Shown here: positions 10,755 through 20,927 of the stretch, piece by piece
Numbering within the stretch: position 1 is the stretch's first letter
Layout: the number at the start of each line of letters is the position of its first letter
NCBI GenBank assembly: GCA_965262115.1
Contig: OZ253496.1
Coordinates: 1,472,001 to 1,536,000, forward strand
DNA: 64,000 nt
DNA from: Nitrospinales bacterium
GTDB lineage: Bacteria; Nitrospinota; Nitrospinia; Nitrospinales; VA-1
Reading direction: 5' to 3'
Notes under the pieces: model-generated
What the model was told of the DNA's origin: nothing
Database searches by the model: none
The model's input: only the letters and a program-made list of their open reading frames with translations
Translations under genes and position numbers: made by a program

Positions 10755-11357
10755 GTGAAAAGACCCCCCGCAGTTACAAACCTTATAGATGAATTGAAGA
10801 GGCTTCCCGGCATTGGCCAGAAAACCGCTGAACGTTTGTCGTTTTTCCTGATGCGCGGAAAAGCCGAGCAGGCCAATAAACTCGCCACAGCCATTCAGAA
10901 TCTTAAGGAAAAGATTATCCTCTGTTCGATTTGCCATGGCATCACCGAGTCTGACCCCTGCGATATTTGTTCAGACACTTCCCGCGACCATTCACAGATT
11001 TGCGTGGTGGAAGAACCACACGACGTTTATGTGATGGAAAACATGGGTTATTTCAAAGGCGTTTATCATGTGTTGATGGGGGTGATTTCTCCGCTGGATG
11101 GAATTGGCCCCGATGATCTGAACATCGAAATGTTGAAAGAAAAAGTCAGCAAGCCGGGTATCCGTGAGGTCATCCTGGCGACCAATCCGGACATGGAAGG
11201 TGAATCCACCGCCGTGTATATCTCAAAGGTTTTAAAACCTTACGGTGAAGTTAAGGTCACACGCATTGCCCGGGGCCTGCCGGTGGGTTCGGATATTGAG
11301 TATGCCGACTCCGTGACCCTGTTGAAATCGCTGGAAGGCCGCATGGAAATGACGTAA
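10755..11357 (+). CDS. recR: Recombination protein RecR
   Basis: LPGIG.KTAERL, C4 zinc finger, TOPRIM, GLPVG. Confidence 0.98.
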   Translation: MKRPPAVTNLIDELKRLPGIGQKTAERLSFFLMRGKAEQANKLATAIQNLKEKIILCSICHGITESDPCDICSDTSRDHSQICVVEEPHDVYVMENMGYFKGVYHVLMGVISPLDGIGPDDLNIEMLKEKVSKPGIREVILATNPDMEGESTAVYISKVLKPYGEVKVTRIARGLPVGSDIEYADSVTLLKSLEGRMEMT

Positions 11358-11497
11358 CAAGGCTACGCCTTGAGGAAATGGCAGGACCATAATATGCTTG
11401 GCAAAAAATGGGCAAAGGGTAAATTTAGCCGAGAAAAAGTTTGTCAGCAGAAATACCATATAGCTAGTGGGCCCCACGCCTGGTGGGGGAAATCCAC

Positions 11498-11526
11498 TTG
11501 ACAATATGTTACAAAACAATTAAATT
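11498..11526 (+). promoter_or_regulatory. Sigma70-type promoter for tRNA-Asn
   Basis: TTGACA-17 bp-TAAATT. Confidence 0.7.
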
Positions 11527-11557
11527 TAAGTGTTTTAATCCAATTCAAGAAAACCAT

Positions 11558-11632
11558 TCCGGTGTGGCGCAATGGTAGCGCAATCGGCTGTTAACCGATG
11601 TGTTAGAGGTTCAAATCCTCTCACCGGAGCCA
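11558..11632 (+). tRNA. tRNA-Asn(GTT)
   Basis: ATCGG-CT-GTT-AA-CCGAT arm; CCA end. Confidence 0.96.
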
Positions 11633-11769
11633 GTTTTTGTCTCCTTTTTCAGGGGCATAGATTACAAAACCCTGTCGAACCCACTACCGGGTTTTGCTTT
11701 AGGTTGCAAAGGTCAAATTGATCCGTTATTCTTCTTCATGTTGGTAAACCTCTGCAATAAGAGGCACTT

Positions 11770-12750
11770 ATGATTCAAAGACCGCGCAGAAACAGATTGA
11801 ATCCGGCCGTTCGTGGGCTGATCCGGGAATCGCAAGTGAACCCGGCCAACCTGGTCTGGCCCACTTTCGTGCAGGAAGGCAAGAACCTTCGCACTCCGAT
11901 CGTGTCGATGCCGGGCATCTCAAGGCTTTCCATCGACCAGCTTGCCGCCGATTGCCAAAAGGCCTTTGATCTGGGAATCCCGGCGGTCGCCCTCTTCCCG
12001 GTTTTGGATGAATCTTTAAAAAATTCCGAGGGCAAGGAAAGTCTTAATTCTAACGGACTTCTGCAACGCGCGGTGAAGGAGTTAAAGAAAACCATTCCCG
12101 GTATGTTGGTGATTACCGATGTGGCGCTGGACCCTTATTCCAGTGACGGGCATGACGGACTGGTTAAAGACGGAAAAATTTTGAACGATGAAACGCTTCC
12201 TCTACTTGCTGGCATGGCGGTGGTCCAGGCCGAAGCGGGAGCCGATGTGGTGGCGCCCTCCGACATGATGGATGGCCGGGTCGAGGCCATTTGCTGGGCT
12301 CTGGACGAGGCGGGATTTGAGGATGTGTTGATCTGCAGTTACTGTGCAAAATATGCTTCGGCGTTTTACGGGCCGTTTCGCGATGCGCTCGATTCTGCTC
12401 CGAAAGAGGGCGATAAAAAAACCTATCAAATGGATCCGGCCAATGCCCGTGAAGCGATACGGGAAATTTTGCTGGATGAAGAAGAAGGGGCAGACTGGTT
12501 GCTGATCAAACCGGGCCTGCCTTATCTGGATATCATCCGATTAACGCGCGAGCATTCGGCGCTCCCCATTGCCGCTTACCATGTCAGCGGAGAATATGCC
12601 ATGCTGAAAGCCGCTGCCGAAAAAGGCTGGCTCGATTATGACAGCTGTCTGATAGAGTCGCTCCTCAGCATGCGCCGCGCCGGAGCAGATATGATCTTCA
12701 CCTATGGCGCCATTGATGCTGCCAGAATAATTCGGAAATCTCGCGGTTGA
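11770..12750 (+). CDS. hemB: Porphobilinogen synthase
   Basis: RPRRNR, DVALDPY..DGHDG, SDMMDGRV, FYGPFRDA, YQMDP, KPG. Confidence 0.98.
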   Translation: MIQRPRRNRLNPAVRGLIRESQVNPANLVWPTFVQEGKNLRTPIVSMPGISRLSIDQLAADCQKAFDLGIPAVALFPVLDESLKNSEGKESLNSNGLLQRAVKELKKTIPGMLVITDVALDPYSSDGHDGLVKDGKILNDETLPLLAGMAVVQAEAGADVVAPSDMMDGRVEAICWALDEAGFEDVLICSYCAKYASAFYGPFRDALDSAPKEGDKKTYQMDPANAREAIREILLDEEEGADWLLIKPGLPYLDIIRLTREHSALPIAAYHVSGEYAMLKAAAEKGWLDYDSCLIESLLSMRRAGADMIFTYGAIDAARIIRKSRG

Positions 12751-12794
12751 TGGTTTAACAATCTCCCTGCTTCCATCGGGCGAGGCCCGACACT

Positions 12795-13622
12795 ATGGCA
12801 AGTCCCAATTACTGGGTTCACGATCTGGACCCGTTTCTATTTCAATTTACAGAGAATTTTGGCATCCGCTATTACGGGTTGGCCTATGCGCTGGGCTTTC
12901 TTGCCGGGATGTGGCTCCTGCACCTTTTTTGCAAGCATGGCAAAGCGGTGCTCACGCCCGAACAACAGTCGCTCACCATTACCGCCATGATGATTGGGGT
13001 TTTGCTGGGCGGACGTTTGGGGTACTCACTGTTCTACGCGCTGGACAACACTCTGCACCGACCCTGGATCATATTGCAAATCTGGAAAGGCGGAATGGCC
13101 AGTCACGGCGGGTTCATCGGTGTGCTTGTGGCCTGCTGGTGGGTGGCAAAAAAACTGAAACTTTCTTTTCTGCAACTCGGCGACTTGTTGTGTCCTTTAG
13201 TACCACCGGGAATTTTGCTGGGACGTATTGCAAATTTCATCAACGGCGAACTGTGGGGTAAAGTCACTCATGTTTCCTGGGCGGTGATCTTTCCGCAAAG
13301 CGCTATGCTGGGAACTCCTCTGGAACAGATCGCTCCGCGTCATCCTTCGCAACTTTATGAAGCCGGACTGGAGGGAGCCTTATTGCTGATATACAGCCAG
13401 TGGCGGTTGTGGAAAACCGATGCTCTGAATCAGCCCGGCAGATTGACCGGCGAGTTTCTCATGATCTATGCGGTGGTGCGCGTTTTCGGCGAACAGTTCA
13501 GAGAACCCGATGCTCCGCTTATTATGGACCTCAGCCGAGGCAGTTTTTACAGCCTGTTTCTGCTCGCTGGCGGACTTTACCTGGTTCTGCGGTCCCGCCG
13601 GGCAACGCCCGGTAGTAATTAG
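12795..13622 (+). CDS. lgt: Prolipoprotein diacylglyceryl transferase
   Basis: GGMASHGG, GRIANFINGELWG, RHPSQLYE. Confidence 0.97.
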   Translation: MASPNYWVHDLDPFLFQFTENFGIRYYGLAYALGFLAGMWLLHLFCKHGKAVLTPEQQSLTITAMMIGVLLGGRLGYSLFYALDNTLHRPWIILQIWKGGMASHGGFIGVLVACWWVAKKLKLSFLQLGDLLCPLVPPGILLGRIANFINGELWGKVTHVSWAVIFPQSAMLGTPLEQIAPRHPSQLYEAGLEGALLLIYSQWRLWKTDALNQPGRLTGEFLMIYAVVRVFGEQFREPDAPLIMDLSRGSFYSLFLLAGGLYLVLRSRRATPGSN

Positions 13623-13820
13623 CAAAGCCACTTTTCTCTCGACAGGGAGAAGTTCAATTCCCCCATGAGAAGGGGGGTCAGGGGGGTTAAACATTCACTC
13701 AGCTTTGGACTTCATCCCCACCCGATTGCAACCCGTTATAAACCGATACCGCAATAGTTATAAATATAAAACCTACCATATATCGCGTAGTTTGATTAAA
13801 ACCTCCGCCAATGATCCCGG

Positions 13821-13875
13821 TTGACAACTATATTACCACTAGTTATAATAAACTTTACAACTAGTGGTAATATAG
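13821..13875 (+). promoter_or_regulatory. Consensus sigma70 promoter overlapped by a perfect 17-bp inverted repeat (probable operator)
   Basis: TTGACA-17-TATAAT (13821-13849); CTATATTACCACTAGTT / AACTAGTGGTAATATAG. Confidence 0.8.
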
Positions 13876-13883
13876 GGTTAAAA

Positions 13884-14915
13884 ATGGTCAAGAACCAGGC
13901 AGAAGAAATTCGCGCCTATCTTTTAGCGAAAATACCGGTGCACCCGAAAAATATCGTCGCCAAAGCCTCGAAGGCTTTTTCGTGCAGCCGCACCACCGTC
14001 CACCGGCACCTGAACCGGCTGCTCCGCAATGGAGCGATCATTAAAACCGGCACCACGAGGCAGGCGCAATACTTTTTAAAGTCGGAAAAAAACAAACAAA
14101 TTCTTGTTCCTCTGGAACCGGGAGTTGAGGAGGATAAAGTCTGGAAAGAAAACTTTTTGCAGGACTTTGAAACGCTCCCCAAAAACGTGCGGAATATTTG
14201 TGAATACGGTTTTCTGGAAATGCTCAACAATGCCATCGACCATTCAGAGGGAACAGGGGTAGTGATAAAAACAGAGTGGGCATCTGACTCAATTATGCTA
14301 GCTATTCGCGATGATGGTGTGGGAATTTTTAGAAAGATCAAGAACGCGCTGAGCTTGGAAGATGAGCGCGAGAGCGCCCTGCATCTCTCAAAGGGAAAGT
14401 TCACCACCGACCCGGAAAACCATACCGGAGAGGGAATATTTTTTTCTTCCCGGGCCTTCGATGAATTTCTTATAACTTCAAGAGGAATGGGTTATGCAAG
14501 AAATAATTGGGATGAAGACTGGTTTGTGGAAACGACGAAGGATGAGAATGTATCCGGAACAGGTTTAATAATGAAAATCGCTCTGGGCTCAAAAAGAAAA
14601 ATGCAGGAAGTTTATGCGCAATTTCAAAATGATGACTCTGACGGAATCCAAAGTTTTGACAAGACCCATATTGCAGTGAAACTGAGCAAATTGGGTGATG
14701 AACGCTATATTTCCCGTTCCCAGGCACGGCGCATCTGTTTGGGACTGGAAAAGTTCAAGCATGTGGATTTAGACTTCACAGGTATTTCTACTGTAGGACA
14801 GGGCTTTGTCGATGAAGTGTTTCGCGTGTTTCAGTCCAAACACCCCCGAATAAAAATTGAACACATAAATGCCAATGACGATGTCCGGTTCATGATTAAA
14901 CATAGCCTGCCTTAA
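13884..14915 (+). CDS. HTH + HATPase-like + STAS-like (DUF4325) protein
   Basis: SRTTVHRHL HTH; EMLNNAIDHS, DDGVG, GEGIFF; SRSQA, LDF.GI..VGQGFVDEVF. Confidence 0.85.
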   Translation: MVKNQAEEIRAYLLAKIPVHPKNIVAKASKAFSCSRTTVHRHLNRLLRNGAIIKTGTTRQAQYFLKSEKNKQILVPLEPGVEEDKVWKENFLQDFETLPKNVRNICEYGFLEMLNNAIDHSEGTGVVIKTEWASDSIMLAIRDDGVGIFRKIKNALSLEDERESALHLSKGKFTTDPENHTGEGIFFSSRAFDEFLITSRGMGYARNNWDEDWFVETTKDENVSGTGLIMKIALGSKRKMQEVYAQFQNDDSDGIQSFDKTHIAVKLSKLGDERYISRSQARRICLGLEKFKHVDLDFTGISTVGQGFVDEVFRVFQSKHPRIKIEHINANDDVRFMIKHSLP

Positions 14916-15292
14916 TAGTGGCGGCGGATAGAGCGGCGGTCTTCTTCATTCTCCGATAGATGATTTTGATAATTCACATAAACTTTACTGGCAGGCTGCT
15001 GAAAGACTCATATAACTGTTGTTCGCCAATATTTGCATCCCTCCCTTCGTAAGGGAGGGACTGAGGGAGGGTTGGCCTGTTCTTTGCTGGTTTTTTGGTT
15101 TTGGGAATAACTCTGATATGCCTCAGACGAAAGTCAAACCCTTCTTCCGCCGGTTGACCGCTTCCAGGTTTTTCTCCCGTTTTACCCGTATTTCTTTTAA
15201 CTCAAAATATCCGCCGACTGTTCAAGATGCTTGCGGTTTAACACCCCATTGGTGTAAGCTGGGGGGCTCTATAACAAAAACGGTAATGAGTC

Positions 15293-16579
15293 ATGATTCC
15301 CGAATTATTGTCACCTGCTGGCAGCCCTGAGAAATTAAAATACGCTTTGGCGTATGGTGCGGATGCGGTCTATGCGGGCATTCCCAAGTTTTCCTTGCGG
15401 GCCAGAGAGAATCCTTTCAAAAACGATTTGCTTGAAGAGGCCATTGCCTACACCCACGATAAGGGCAAGAAGATTTATGTTACGGCCAATATTCTCCCGC
15501 CCAACCGGAAAATTGAATCCTTCAAAAAATCCCTGGCTCAACACGCCGCATTGGGACCGGATGCATTCATCATGGCTGATCCGGGGATGATTCAGTTTGC
15601 TCTCAAGGAGTTTCCCCAGATTCCGGTTCATCTTTCGGTGCAAACCAATACTATGAACTGGTCCTCGGTGGAATTTTGGTACAACCTTGGAGTTAAGCGG
15701 GTCATTTTATCGAGAGAGCTTTCCCTGGAAGAGATTCAGGAGATCCATGACCGGGTCCCGGATATGGAACTGGAGGCTTTCGTGCACGGGTCAATTTGTA
15801 TTGCTTATTCTGGCCGGTGCCTGTTATCCAATTATTTCAATCACCGCGATGCCAATCAGGGGACATGCACCAACAGTTGCCGATGGGAATTTAATGTTAA
15901 GGAGGAAGTAGAAAAAGAAACCGAACAGTATCAGCCGCTTAAGGGGCAGTATGCCATTGAGGAAACTTCGCGAAAAGGCGAAATGATGCCTGTCGATGAA
16001 GACGAGCACGGTACTTATATCATGAACTCTAAGGACTTGAGGGCGGTGGAATTTTTAAAACCGCTTCATGAAGTCGGTGTCATGTCATTTAAAATAGAGG
16101 GCCGATCGAAATCCATTTATTATTTGTCCATGGTCACCCGGGCTTACCGTAAGGCCATTAAAGATCTGGCAGAAGGACGTTCATTCGATCCCGAATTACT
16201 TGGAGAAATTGATAAGACGGCGAACCGGGGTTTCACATCCGCGTTTTTAATATCCGCCTCCAATCGGGACACCGAGCGGTTTGATTCACCGCAGGAGAAA
16301 GATCAGGCCCAGGTTTTTGGTGGGCAGGTTGTGAATGAGCGGCCGGGTTGGATGGAGGTAGAAGTTAAAAACCGAATCGAGCTGGGGGATGAGGTGGAAT
16401 ATATTTCCCCCAGCGGGCAATTCAAATTTTCCATTGATGCTATGGAAACAAGCACCGGGGAAAAAGCAACTGTCGCACACGGAGGAAATGGAACGATCTG
16501 GATTGGAATTGATCGGCAGGCAGAACCGTTCGCACTGTTAAGCCTGTTGCAGAAGGCCAAAATGGCTGAAACCGTTTAA
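15293..16579 (+). CDS. trhP: U32 peptidase family tRNA hydroxylase (TrhP/YegQ-like)
   Basis: PELLSPAG, GADAVYAG, HG.IC.AYSGRCLLS, RDANQGTCTNSCRW, KIEGR. Confidence 0.85.
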   Translation: MIPELLSPAGSPEKLKYALAYGADAVYAGIPKFSLRARENPFKNDLLEEAIAYTHDKGKKIYVTANILPPNRKIESFKKSLAQHAALGPDAFIMADPGMIQFALKEFPQIPVHLSVQTNTMNWSSVEFWYNLGVKRVILSRELSLEEIQEIHDRVPDMELEAFVHGSICIAYSGRCLLSNYFNHRDANQGTCTNSCRWEFNVKEEVEKETEQYQPLKGQYAIEETSRKGEMMPVDEDEHGTYIMNSKDLRAVEFLKPLHEVGVMSFKIEGRSKSIYYLSMVTRAYRKAIKDLAEGRSFDPELLGEIDKTANRGFTSAFLISASNRDTERFDSPQEKDQAQVFGGQVVNERPGWMEVEVKNRIELGDEVEYISPSGQFKFSIDAMETSTGEKATVAHGGNGTIWIGIDRQAEPFALLSLLQKAKMAETV

Positions 16580-16598
16580 AGTCAACCGGGAATTTTAT

Positions 16599-16847
16599 TT
16601 ACTCACGGTTGTTTTTGTCATGGCGGGTTTTGGTGGTTTGCGCCCAGAACAGGGTGAGAACAACACCAACAACCAAAGCCAGCCCTAACCAGCCAGACAG
16701 GGTATCGATTCCGTAATCGAAAATATCTTTAGCCAAGGCTCCATCAAAGGCTATTGCTGCCACAATAAAGATTAGAAAAAAAATAAATTTTTTCAAGATC
16801 GGTTTCCGATTAATGGGTCCCCTGCCGATATGGATTGATTTTACCAA
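16599..16847 (-). CDS. Small two-helix membrane protein
   Basis: Two hydrophobic segments; start uncertain. Confidence 0.5.
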   Translation of the reverse strand: MVKSIHIGRGPINRKPILKKFIFFLIFIVAAIAFDGALAKDIFDYGIDTLSGWLGLALVVGVVLTLFWAQTTKTRHDKNNRE

Positions 16848-17006
16848 TATATTTGATGGATGTTGTTTTCCCGGCTAAGGATAAAGTTCTTGGCTCCCCA
16901 AACATACTGGTTTTATAATAAGGTTCTTTTATTCTGGAATTTTAGCAAGAAATCTTTTTGGTGCAATTGGTAATTTTTTTAAACAATTTAATCGGTATTT
17001 AATTTC

Positions 17007-18014
17007 ATGGCTGTCCCGCTGATGCAAGCGTTGAAAATTGGGTCTTATGTCTTTCGGCAAAAATTAAAGGGCAACAAGCGTTATCCACTGGTGATGATGC
17101 TGGAGCCTTTATTCCGTTGCAATTTAGAGTGTATTGGTTGTGGAAAAATTCAAAAACCCAATGAAATATTGAAACAGAATATGACTCCGGAGCAGTGCTT
17201 TAAAGCCGCCAAAGAATGTGGCGCCCCTGTAGTTTCCATAGCGGGCGGCGAGCCCCTAATGCATCCGGAAATTGTGCAAATCGTTGAAGGCCTGATCGCT
17301 ATGAAGCGTTTTATTTATTTGTGCACCAACGCCATTCTGCTTAAAGATCATCTGGATCGATTGCCAGTAAGCCCTTATTTGACCCTTTCCGTTCATCTGG
17401 ATGGAATGGAAGAGGAGCATGATCGCATTGTTGATCAGAGGGGAACTTTCAACCTGGCCATCGAAGCGGTTCGAGAAGCGAAGCGAAAAGGATTCCGGGT
17501 TACCAGCGCCACCACCTTTTTCGAAGATACGACTGTAGAGATGGCGGAGGAATTTTTGGATTATTTAGCCCGTCTTGGGATAGACGGAGTGACCATGGCT
17601 TCGGCATTTCGTTACCCGGATGCTCCCGATCAGGATCATTTTTTCGGACGTCGGCGCACATTTGAATTTTTCGACAAATTGCTGGCGAAAAATAAAAAGG
17701 GCCGTTGGGATTTGAATCATTCGCCGCTTTATTTAGAGTTTTTGCGTGGGGAAAAGGATTACTCCTGTACGCCCTGGGGAAACCCGAATTATTCCGTGCT
17801 GGGTTGGCAGAAGCCCTGCTACCTTTTGGACGATGGTTATGCAGAAACTTATAAGGAATTGATGGAAACCACCGAGTGGGAAAACTACGGTCATCAAAAT
17901 AACCGGAAATGTGCGGATTGCACGGCTCATTGTGGTTATGAGGCGACAGCGGTTGAGGATGCGACATCCAATTTAAAGGGTATGTTTGATTCCGCTAAAG
18001 TGGTTTTTCAATAA
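17007..18014 (+). CDS. hpnH: Adenosyl-hopene transferase (hopanoid radical SAM enzyme)
   Basis: YPLVMMLEPLFRCNLECIGCGK, CTPWGNP, GWQKPCYLL, CADC.AHCGYE. Confidence 0.92.
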   Translation: MAVPLMQALKIGSYVFRQKLKGNKRYPLVMMLEPLFRCNLECIGCGKIQKPNEILKQNMTPEQCFKAAKECGAPVVSIAGGEPLMHPEIVQIVEGLIAMKRFIYLCTNAILLKDHLDRLPVSPYLTLSVHLDGMEEEHDRIVDQRGTFNLAIEAVREAKRKGFRVTSATTFFEDTTVEMAEEFLDYLARLGIDGVTMASAFRYPDAPDQDHFFGRRRTFEFFDKLLAKNKKGRWDLNHSPLYLEFLRGEKDYSCTPWGNPNYSVLGWQKPCYLLDDGYAETYKELMETTEWENYGHQNNRKCADCTAHCGYEATAVEDATSNLKGMFDSAKVVFQ

Positions 18015-18167
18015 CTACGAGGCGCAGGGCCGACTAGCAAGGGCTCGTTGAGCCGTCTATGTCTCCCGCTCGGCACTCGCTCCCGTGAGAAGGAACTGGG
18101 CAAAGGCTCATTAAGCCGAACTAACCTTCCATCCGCCAACAAAAGCTGTTGCTAATGGCCTCCCTCG

Positions 18168-18632
18168 CTAGAGGGTGGTTTTTTCATCGGTGTGGGCTTC
18201 TGCCAGTTGTTCGGGTGTGAGCCCTTCTGCCATTTTCAGGTTGGCCCCTTCGAGCCGGGCGTTTTTTATTTCGGCCTGCATGAAATCGGCACGGACAAGA
18301 TTAGCATTTTTTAGATCAGCATTTTTAAAGTTGGCCCACCGTAGGTTGGCTCCCCGCAAGTTGGCTCCCCGCAAGTTGGCGTTCTCAAGGTTGGCATTTT
18401 TTAAATAAGCTCCATACAGGTTTGCCCCTTCAAGGCTAGCGTTGCTAAGATCAGCACCCACCAGCACGGCCCCTTTTAAATGGCAGTCTTTCAGGTTTGC
18501 CGGTTCTCCATCACGGCCATCCGTTTTCAGCCAGGTTTTGTGGTTGGAAAGGATCGTCTTCAGTTCTGAGATGGAGCGTGTATTTGCTTTGGAAGTTTTG
18601 GAATCGGTATTGCTCATTCCGGTATTGTACAT
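18168..18632 (-). CDS. Pentapeptide repeat protein
   Basis: A(N/D)Lxx repeats after H..WL...G. Confidence 0.9.
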   Translation of the reverse strand: MYNTGMSNTDSKTSKANTRSISELKTILSNHKTWLKTDGRDGEPANLKDCHLKGAVLVGADLSNASLEGANLYGAYLKNANLENANLRGANLRGANLRWANFKNADLKNANLVRADFMQAEIKNARLEGANLKMAEGLTPEQLAEAHTDEKTTL

Positions 18633-18713
18633 CCGGAGAATTTAGGACTGCAAGTTTTCCTGTTGGAAAATTATGAAGCGGAAGGTTTCCCCCGCCTCAT
18701 TCCGAGCAAATTT

Positions 18714-19148
18714 TTACGAAGCCAATACTTTATTATAAAGTTCCTGGAACTTTAAATTACCAGGATCAGCCTGAAGTGCTTTTCCCATGGATTGCCTGGC
18801 CGATTCCTTGTTATTGATTTTGAGGTGGGTGTTGGCAAGCTGGTAATGCGCCTCCACATAAGACGGATTGATATTCAATGATTTTTGAAATGAGTCAATA
18901 GCCTTTTGCAACTTTCCTTCTGTTTAATAAAGGACTCCTAAATTGAAATGAGTGAGCATTCCATTTGTATCGACCTCCATGGACCCTAAAAGGATTTATT
19001 TAGCTTTTTTCAGATCGCCTTTTAAGCGATAGCTGTCTCCCAGATTGTTCGGGTAAGTTGAATTCGCCGGTTCATTTGTAATTTTTATCTTTTTTGGGCT
19101 TGGCCTTTGATTCTTTGTTACTTACTCTGTTGAGAAAGTCTTAGCCAT
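18714..19148 (-). pseudogene. TPR protein with three in-frame TAA stops
   Basis: One frame (NNLGDSYR, HFNLGVLY, HYQLA) broken at 19122, 18996 and 18924. Confidence 0.7.
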
Positions 19149-19202
19149 TTGGTATAATTTTTAGCCGCCATATCTAAATAACTTTATAAAAGTTAAAAAC
19201 TT

Positions 19203-19997
19203 ATGAGCTTTTTGCCAGCCAGGACCCGGGTACCTAAAAAATGGTGTGGGGCTGTAATTTGTATGCTCGTATTTATGTTTTCTGTAGGTTGCGCCACCAC
19301 CGAACGGCTGCCGAATGAAAATAAAACTTTGGCGCAGAAAAAATTCAAGGAGGCCCTGCAGGCAGGCTCCTTGAATCAGCAGGATAAAATGGTGGTCTTG
19401 CTTAAAGAAGCCCTGGAGCTGGATCCTGTGGATTCGAAACTCCATTTTTTCCTGGGCCGGGCTTATTTTGTACAGGGAGATATCGAACAAGCAGAACAGG
19501 AGTATTTAATAAGCATCAAATTAAACAATAATTTGAAGGACGCCTATCGGAAGCTGGGTTTGATTTACATGCAGAAGGGGCAGTGGGAAAAGGCGATTCG
19601 CTACTTTCGGGAAGACCTGGCGCGACCTGGAACCCCGCAACCCCAACAGATTTATAATTGGATCGCGCTGTGTTTTTATAATCTTGGAAAAAAGAATGAA
19701 GCGGAAGTCGAGTGGGAAAGAGCTCTTGACCTAAAAGATAATGCGGGAATTCGGCTTAACCTGGCCTTGGCTTATATTAATCAGGAGCGTTTTGATCAAG
19801 CTAAGGACTCTTTACAAAAGGCTCTGGCTCTCAAGCCGCGTTTTTCTCAAGCCCATTTTGAGTTGGGACAATTATATTTAAAGGAAGAAAAAAAAGACAA
19901 GGCAGTGAATCATTTTAAAAAAGTGATTCTTTATTCCCCCAGAGGGAACCTGGCTAAAAAATCCAAAGAATATATAACATTGGTTTATCCGGAATAA
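19203..19997 (+). CDS. TPR lipoprotein, PilF/PilW-like pilus assembly factor
   Basis: SVGC lipobox, tandem TPRs, directly upstream of a rodZ-like gene. Confidence 0.7.
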   Translation: MSFLPARTRVPKKWCGAVICMLVFMFSVGCATTERLPNENKTLAQKKFKEALQAGSLNQQDKMVVLLKEALELDPVDSKLHFFLGRAYFVQGDIEQAEQEYLISIKLNNNLKDAYRKLGLIYMQKGQWEKAIRYFREDLARPGTPQPQQIYNWIALCFYNLGKKNEAEVEWERALDLKDNAGIRLNLALAYINQERFDQAKDSLQKALALKPRFSQAHFELGQLYLKEEKKDKAVNHFKKVILYSPRGNLAKKSKEYITLVYPE

Positions 19998-20000
19998 AAA

Positions 20001-20924
20001 ATGATGGTTGAAAACTTTGGTTCTTATTTAAAACATGAACGCGAATTAAGGGGGGTGCCTCTGGAATAAATATCCAGGGCCACCAAAATTCATATTCGTT
20101 TTCTTAAGGCTCTTGAAGACAACTCTTTTGATGAACTTCCGGGGGAAGTTTTTATTAAAGGATATATCCGGTCCTATGCCAACATCATCGGTTCGGATGT
20201 TGAGGAAATGCTCAATATCTATAAAGAATCTGTGGAGTTCAAAAATCAGTAAAATATCCCCATCAAAATACCTTCTGTTAAAACACGGTCCAAAACCCTT
20301 TTGACATTTGGCCTGTTGATGCTGGTGGTTGTCGGTCTCTTGTTTTGGGTGGGAATCCTGATAAAAAAAAGGGGCGACCCGGAGCAGGTAAAAGTCCCTT
20401 CAATGCAAGAGCAAGAGGAGATAACTATATCGAAGCCTCCAATAAGTTCCGATATTTCCGAAAACCGGATTGTGGAAGAAAATATGGATGTTCAGGAAGC
20501 GGGCTCTGCCGAGCCTGAGACCTCTGCATTATCCGTCAATCTGTCTGATCAACTTGCCGAAGAACTGGACGAGAAAAAAGTCTTATCCCCCGAAGAGCCG
20601 ATCGAACTGAACGCACAGACCTCAAGTGCTTCACGGGCTGCTCCGAGTCCTCAAAATCCCGAGGGCGTGGAAAAATCTTTAAAACTTACAATTCGGGCAA
20701 AGTAAAATTCGTGGTTTAATATGACCATTGATGGTTTCAGGGATGAGGATTTTATTCTCCCCGCAGGCACCGCAAAGACCTTCTGGGCTAATGAAGCCTT
20801 TCGGTTGACGGTGGGGAATAAGACAGGAGTGGAGTTATTGTTAAACGGCAAGGTCTTAGCTTTGCCGGAAAGTGAAGACAGCGTGGTCAAGGGCTTTATT
20901 ATTAACTCTAAGCTGGTAGAGTGA
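20001..20924 (+). pseudogene. rodZ: RodZ-like (HTH-TM-DUF4115) gene with three in-frame TAA stops
   Basis: FG.YLK.ERE, LPGEVFIKGYIRSYA, TM helix, LTVGN..GV; TAA at 20067, 20250 and 20703 in one frame. Confidence 0.85.
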
Positions 20925-20927
20925 ACC

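Noticed and set aside
17007..18014. hpnH without other hpn genes as a novelty
   Set aside because: Hopanoid genes are often dispersed; the others may lie outside the window
20001..20924. Genome-wide TAA reassignment
   Set aside because: serS, recR, tsf and many other genes terminate at TAA at the expected lengths
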